Assembly (NCBI GenBank): GCA_965277285.1
Contig: OZ255721.1
Location: 1,952,001-2,016,000 of the forward strand
DNA: 64,000 bases
Direction of reading: 5' to 3'
Source of the DNA: Abditibacteriaceae bacterium
GTDB taxonomy: Bacteria; Armatimonadota; Abditibacteriia; Abditibacteriales; Abditibacteriaceae
Shown here: positions 59,474-64,000 of the stretch, piece by piece
Layout: each line of letters starts with the position of its first letter
Position numbering within the stretch: position 1 is the stretch's first letter
Program-made: the position numbers and the translations under genes
Notes under the pieces: generated by a model
Database searches by the model: none
What the model was told of the DNA's origin: nothing
The model's input: only the letters and a program-made list of their open reading frames with translations

Positions 59474-60655
59474 TCATTTTCTCAATCCCAGCGCAACAAC
59501 CGTTTCAGCCATCACGCGCGCCGCGTCCGGTTTCGCCAGAGTTTTCGCAGCTTCTCCCATTTGACGCAATCGGTCGCGGTTGTGGAGCAATTCGAGTACT
59601 CGATCTCGCAAAAGCTCCGCGCCGTTTTCCTCTGCTAAAAGGCTTTGCTTGATGGAAACCGCGGCGCCTGCACGTTCGCACAAAGCGGCGTTGCGCGTTT
59701 GTTCATCGCCGCCCGTCGGGACAAGAGGAACATACAGCGCGGCTTTGCCCAACGCGCAGACTTCGTTGATGGTGCTCGCTCCAGCGCGGCTGACAACTAA
59801 ATCGCACAACGCGAAAACGTCGTTGATTTCCTGGCGGATAAAACGCTGCACGAAATAACGGCGGCGCAAAAAGGGCGATAATTGCGCTGCGGCATTTTCT
59901 AATCGGTCGAAATCTTGTTCGCTGTTCGCGGGTTGCTCGCCGCATTGATGAATGATTTTGCAACGTTCCAGCAGCGATTCGAGTACTCGTTCAATCGCGC
60001 GATTGATGACGCGCGCGCCCTGACTTCCGCCCGTCACATAAATCGTTGGAAGTGCATCGTCTTCATCTGCAAAACTGGCGAAATGTTTGGCACGTTCGGC
60101 ATCGCCATTGAACACTTGAGGCCGCACCGGATTTCCCGAGACAAACGCTTTGCCGCGATATTTCGGCGGAAGTTCATTCATGGCTTCCTCAAAAGACAGC
60201 GCAATTTTCGTAGCGAAACGGCTGGCGATGCGATTGGCCAACCCGACTTGAACGGTTTGCTCGTGAATCAAAATCGGCACGCGATTCATCCACGCCGCGA
60301 CGACCGGCGGAACCGCGACATAGCCGCCCGTCGCCAGAACGACATCGGGCGCGAACTTCCGTACTTCTCGCCGCGATTGCAACACGCCAACTGGCAAGCG
60401 AAAAGCGTCCGTCAAGTTTTCGCGCGAAATATAACGCCGCAATTTGCCGGTTTCCACGCCAACGAAACGCAAACCGGCAGCCTCGGCCTGCGCTTGTTCC
60501 AAGCCACGCTTGCCGCCCAGATAAAGATATTCTGGCGTCCATGCGCAATTCGGTTGCGCCGCCAGTTCGTCCAGGGTTTTGACAATCGCCAACGCCGGAC
60601 TGATATGCCCGCTGGAACCGCCGCCGGTAACTAAAATTTTGAGAGTTTTGGTCAA
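59474..60655 (-). CDS. murG: Undecaprenyl-PP-MurNAc-pentapeptide GlcNAc transferase (start uncertain)
   Basis: TGGGSSGHISPALA, TGGYVAVP, IHEQ, GNPVR, GGSQGA and SRAGAST. Confidence 0.95.
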   Translation of the reverse strand: MTKTLKILVTGGGSSGHISPALAIVKTLDELAAQPNCAWTPEYLYLGGKRGLEQAQAEAAGLRFVGVETGKLRRYISRENLTDAFRLPVGVLQSRREVRKFAPDVVLATGGYVAVPPVVAAWMNRVPILIHEQTVQVGLANRIASRFATKIALSFEEAMNELPPKYRGKAFVSGNPVRPQVFNGDAERAKHFASFADEDDALPTIYVTGGSQGARVINRAIERVLESLLERCKIIHQCGEQPANSEQDFDRLENAAAQLSPFLRRRYFVQRFIRQEINDVFALCDLVVSRAGASTINEVCALGKAALYVPLVPTGGDEQTRNAALCERAGAAVSIKQSLLAEENGAELLRDRVLELLHNRDRLRQMGEAAKTLAKPDAARVMAETVVALGLRK

Positions 60656-60680
60656 ATCGAGTACTCGAAAGAAGGAAGTG

Positions 60681-60765
60681 AACCGCCAAGACGCCAAGAA
60701 AACAAAGATTCGGCTTCAAGTGCAAAAACCTTCTTATTCTTGGCGACCTTGGCGTCTTGGCGGTT
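60681..60765. repeat. Inverted-repeat element family E, copy 2
   Basis: AACCGCCAAGACGCCAAG...CTTGGCGTCTTGGCGGTT. Confidence 0.8.
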
Positions 60766-60839
60766 TCAAAAATCAAACGCGAAAGCGCGCAGCGAAAAGA
60801 TACCACATTCCGCTGCGCGCTTCCCCTGTTTAAATTGTT

Positions 60840-62516
60840 TTAAGCTGTCAAACCAGCGCGTTGTGCGGGCTTTGTCGCAACACGCTTCGTCGTAGTTTTG
60901 CCTTCGGATGTCACGGTTTTGGCCACAGTTGTTCCCGTTTTTTCCGCCTGCGCCTGCCCGATGCGACGCGAAACGCCCAGCACCAATCCGATTCCCGTCA
61001 GCGTGCAAATTAAGCCCGAGCCACCATACGAAAGCAGTGGCAAGGGAATTCCCGTCACCGGCATGATGCCCGTCACGACAAACGCGTTGCCCAAAACCTG
61101 GATCGCCAACAACGTTCCCACGCCTGAGCACAACAACGCCTCGAACGATGTTTGTGCGCAGTGCCCGACATGAAGGCAAAAGAAAATCATCGCGCTATAG
61201 GTGAGCAGCAATACCAGCAAGCCGACCAAACCCCACTCTTCGCCGATCACCGCCATAATGAAATCGGTGTGCGGAGCGGGTAAATGCCCTTGCTTGAACA
61301 GCGATTCGCCCGGCCCGACGCCGAACACGCCGCCATGCACCAGAGCGCGCATACTTTGATCGACCTGATAATTGCCATCTTTGGCGCCCGCGCCCTTGGC
61401 CTTGTCGCCGCTGCCGAAATGGTTCGCAATTCTGTCCTGCTGATACGCTTTCAAAAACGGCACCGCGTGATGTTTGCACGCAAAAACTGTCACCAAACCG
61501 CACACCATCAACGGCACCAGAATCTTCGCAAAATGCTTGCGCGGCACATCGGCGTGCGCCGCGATCACAAAGGGCAAAACCGCTAACAACAACGCCGCCG
61601 ACAAATGTGGCTGCAAAAACACCAGTCCGATGAAAGGCAAAGCGAACGCGCCCGCCACCAACCACGGCCACATCGTCGTCTGCGCCGTCTTGGAAGCGCG
61701 GCTCCAGAAATCGGCCATCACGCCAATCAAGGCGACTTTGGCCAGTTCCGAAACCTGCTGCGGCGGCATCCCGGGAATTTTCAGCCAGCGACGCGTGCCG
61801 CTTCCCATATCGGTTCCCAGCGGCGTAAAATCAATCGCCAGCAAGCCGATCAGCGCGACCGCATACAAAACCCACACCGCAACGCGCATCTGCTTCGCGT
61901 TTAAGCGCGACACAAACAAAAACCACGCCAATCCCACCACGACAAACCCAATTTGACGCACGAAGAAAAAGTCCGCGTTATTATGATGATCCAGCGCCAA
62001 AGCCGTCGAAGCCGAATACACCAGCGGAATCGACAGCAGCGCCAATAAAATCGTCGCCACGAACAAGCCCCAGTGACACGCCGGACAGTTCGCCAACTTC
62101 TTCTGATAATTTTCTTCGCGCTTGGCCACTTGCTCGCGGCGCTGCGCCAAACGTTCTTCGCGCCGCGCCCTTTCCTGACGACGCAGTTCCAAACGCGCCG
62201 CGACTTCGGCCTCACGCGCTTCTTCGCGCTCACGATGCAAACGCTCGTCACGCGCCGCGCGAAAATCAATCACGTTACTAACAGGGTTTTCTGCTTGCTC
62301 GTGCGAAAGATTCGAGTACTCGAATTGGTCTTCGCGCGACGCGTTGCGATAACGCGGGAGATGGGCTGCCTCGCGGTGCGGATGGCGCAGGCGCGCAGCA
62401 GAAGAAGTTGCCGAACGATTGGAATTGGAACGATCTGAAGCGGAACGATTGGAAGATGGATGACGGTTCGTCGAACGGCCAAGCTGAGGGCGCGATGTTT
62501 TGAGTTGCGAGTTCAC
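60840..62516 (-). CDS. ftsW: FtsW (SEDS) with a long charged N-terminal extension
   Basis: VYSAS, RRWL, QVSELAK, LQPH, LPAPHTDFI, PVTGIPLPLLSYGGS; between murD and murG. Confidence 0.92.
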   Translation of the reverse strand: MNSQLKTSRPQLGRSTNRHPSSNRSASDRSNSNRSATSSAARLRHPHREAAHLPRYRNASREDQFEYSNLSHEQAENPVSNVIDFRAARDERLHREREEAREAEVAARLELRRQERARREERLAQRREQVAKREENYQKKLANCPACHWGLFVATILLALLSIPLVYSASTALALDHHNNADFFFVRQIGFVVVGLAWFLFVSRLNAKQMRVAVWVLYAVALIGLLAIDFTPLGTDMGSGTRRWLKIPGMPPQQVSELAKVALIGVMADFWSRASKTAQTTMWPWLVAGAFALPFIGLVFLQPHLSAALLLAVLPFVIAAHADVPRKHFAKILVPLMVCGLVTVFACKHHAVPFLKAYQQDRIANHFGSGDKAKGAGAKDGNYQVDQSMRALVHGGVFGVGPGESLFKQGHLPAPHTDFIMAVIGEEWGLVGLLVLLLTYSAMIFFCLHVGHCAQTSFEALLCSGVGTLLAIQVLGNAFVVTGIMPVTGIPLPLLSYGGSGLICTLTGIGLVLGVSRRIGQAQAEKTGTTVAKTVTSEGKTTTKRVATKPAQRAGLTA

Positions 62517-62597
62517 AAGTCGACTCCTTGCTGCGATTGAAACTGTGATGAAAGCGACATGACGGGAAGAGAGCTGCGTTGTATTGAGTGGTTAAGC

Positions 62598-64000
62598 TTA
62601 GTCGTTGGAAAGGTGTTCGTCTTGAATTTTTTGTAAAGCCAAAGCACGAAAGGCTTCGCCGCGTTTTTCGTAATTGGGGAATTGATCGAACGAAGCGCAA
62701 GCCGGACTTAAAAGAACCGAAACAATGGCGTTTTGGCCTTGATTTACAAGGGTTTTTCCAGGAGAAGATGCGCGCATTATAGCCTGTTCAACCGCTCTTG
62801 TCAAGTTTTCGCACCCAACAATTTGCTGTTCCGAAAAACCCGCGCGCCGCGCCGCGTCTTCAATGATGGGCGCATCGTGCCCGATGGTCAGCAAAACGGC
62901 GGCTTTTTCGACAATCGCGCGACCCAATTCGTCCCAACTTTCCGGCTGCTCCAGCTTGGCCATGCCGCCCGCAATGAGGAAAATCGGTGCTTCGAACGAT
63001 TGCAAGGCGCGAATTGTCGCGTCGGGGATCGTCGCCTGACTGTCGTTGATAAATCGAAAGCGTTCGTTCTGTGCCACGATTTCCAGGCGATGCGGCAAGC
63101 TCTGGAAGTTGCGCAACACGTCGCCGATTTCTTGGGCGCAATCGAGTACTCGATCTCCTAAAACTGCGACCACCGCCGTCAAAGCCGCCGCCACGTTGCT
63201 GCTGTTATGTGCGCCGCGCAAGGCGATTTCGCCCACGTTCGCAATTGGCACATCGCCTTTTTCGGTTCGCACGCCCAAAACTTCGCCGCGACGCCACACG
63301 AAATGCGCGTCATGTTGCGCCGAACTGGTCAGAAACTCAACTTGCTCGTTCAACTCAAGCGAAATGTTCAGCTTGCTCGATACGAGTTTTTGCAGATTGA
63401 CATCATCCACATTAAAAATCGCCGTGTCGCCTTTCTTCTGATTGGCGAACAATTTCAGCTTGGTCGTCCAATATTGTTCCAGACTCGTGTGATAATCCAA
63501 GTGATCGGGCAAAAGATTAAGCAAGACACCAATGCGCGGCTTGAACGTCGGTGCGCGTTCCAACTGGAAAGACGAGACTTCGACAATCGCCCAGCTTTCC
63601 GGCGATAAGTTCGGCAATTCGGCAATCAGAGGAACGCCTGTGTTGCCGCAACGAATCGCGTTGAGGCCGCACGCCTGGAGCATTTCTGAAATCAGTTTAA
63701 CGGTTGTGCTTTTGCCTTTGGTTCCGGTCACAGCGATCATCGGTGCGGGACAATGGCGCGCCGAAAGTTCGAGTTCGCCAATGATTTCGCAGCCTCGCGC
63801 GGCGCTATTTTCCAAGATCGAGCGCAGCGGTTCGTGATGAATCTTTAAGCCCGGCGAAATTACAATTTCCGAACATTGTTGCAGTCCCGCAAAGTTCGCA
63901 TCGCCTGCGCGCAATTCGACACCAATTTTTTCCAAATTGCGCGCTTCGGGACTCAACTCTTCCAGCGGCTTGCTGTCGTAGCCAATGACGCGCGCGCCGC
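62598..64000 (-). CDS. murD: UDP-MurNAc-L-Ala--D-Glu ligase (5'-truncated by window edge)
   Basis: AVTGTKGKSTT, EVSSFQL, DHLDYH, LPHRLE and LLSPACASFDQF. Confidence 0.96.
   Translation of the reverse strand, partial: GARVIGYDSKPLEELSPEARNLEKIGVELRAGDANFAGLQQCSEIVISPGLKIHHEPLRSILENSAARGCEIIGELELSARHCPAPMIAVTGTKGKSTTVKLISEMLQACGLNAIRCGNTGVPLIAELPNLSPESWAIVEVSSFQLERAPTFKPRIGVLLNLLPDHLDYHTSLEQYWTTKLKLFANQKKGDTAIFNVDDVNLQKLVSSKLNISLELNEQVEFLTSSAQHDAHFVWRRGEVLGVRTEKGDVPIANVGEIALRGAHNSSNVAAALTAVVAVLGDRVLDCAQEIGDVLRNFQSLPHRLEIVAQNERFRFINDSQATIPDATIRALQSFEAPIFLIAGGMAKLEQPESWDELGRAIVEKAAVLLTIGHDAPIIEDAARRAGFSEQQIVGCENLTRAVEQAIMRASSPGKTLVNQGQNAIVSVLLSPACASFDQFPNYEKRGEAFRALALQKIQDEHLSND

Larger units (their letters stand above)
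215..63153. repeat. Highly iterated 12-bp palindrome TCGAGTACTCGA, dispersed across the window
   Basis: About 39 exact copies by manual count: 215, 1743, 1956, 9860, 12197, 13121, 13535, 19306, 19939, 21522, 21972, 23026, 26439, 27828, 29018, 29632, 31443, 33367, 34473, 37101, 39552, 40398, 41295, 42448, 44056, 44846, 45839, 48848, 50667, 52420, 55079, 55635, 56983, 57685, 58869, 59592, 60657, 62312, 63142. About 15 more retain only the CGAGTACTCG core. Confidence 0.97.

Overview
This is a bacterial chromosomal segment of roughly 55% GC (estimated by eye). Gene content and style suggest Armatimonadota/Abditibacteriota, but that is an inference. From left to right it holds glycoside hydrolases (GH2, GH3), a DJ-1/SDR/HxlR block, and a decaying integron-type cassette cluster (4 attC-like sites, no integrase). 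Next is a complete type I-B PGING-like CRISPR-Cas locus (cas6, cas5, cas8, cas7, cas3, cas4, cas1, cas2) with a 34-repeat array, then a degenerate GGDEF protein, lpdA, a GrpE/Hsp70/J-like cluster facing a Zn-ribbon Ser/Thr kinase, panBC, pilC, tRNA-Ile2(CAT), a sigma-70 factor, rho, hpt, guaA/guaB3 and the murD-ftsW-murG end of the dcw cluster. Two signals stand out. (1) Between cas6 and cas5, on the minus strand, is a promoter -> degenerate mini-CRISPR (crRNA-like RNA) -> DUF3800 gene -> structured RNA unit. Its pseudo-spacer matches its own promoter region next to a CCA trinucleotide, which suggests a Cascade-repressed effector/toxin and cas-autoregulation module. (2) The 12-bp palindrome TCGAGTACTCGA occurs about 39 times (manual count), in genes in all three frames and between genes, resembling a HIP1-like highly iterated palindrome. 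All counts and alignments were done by eye.
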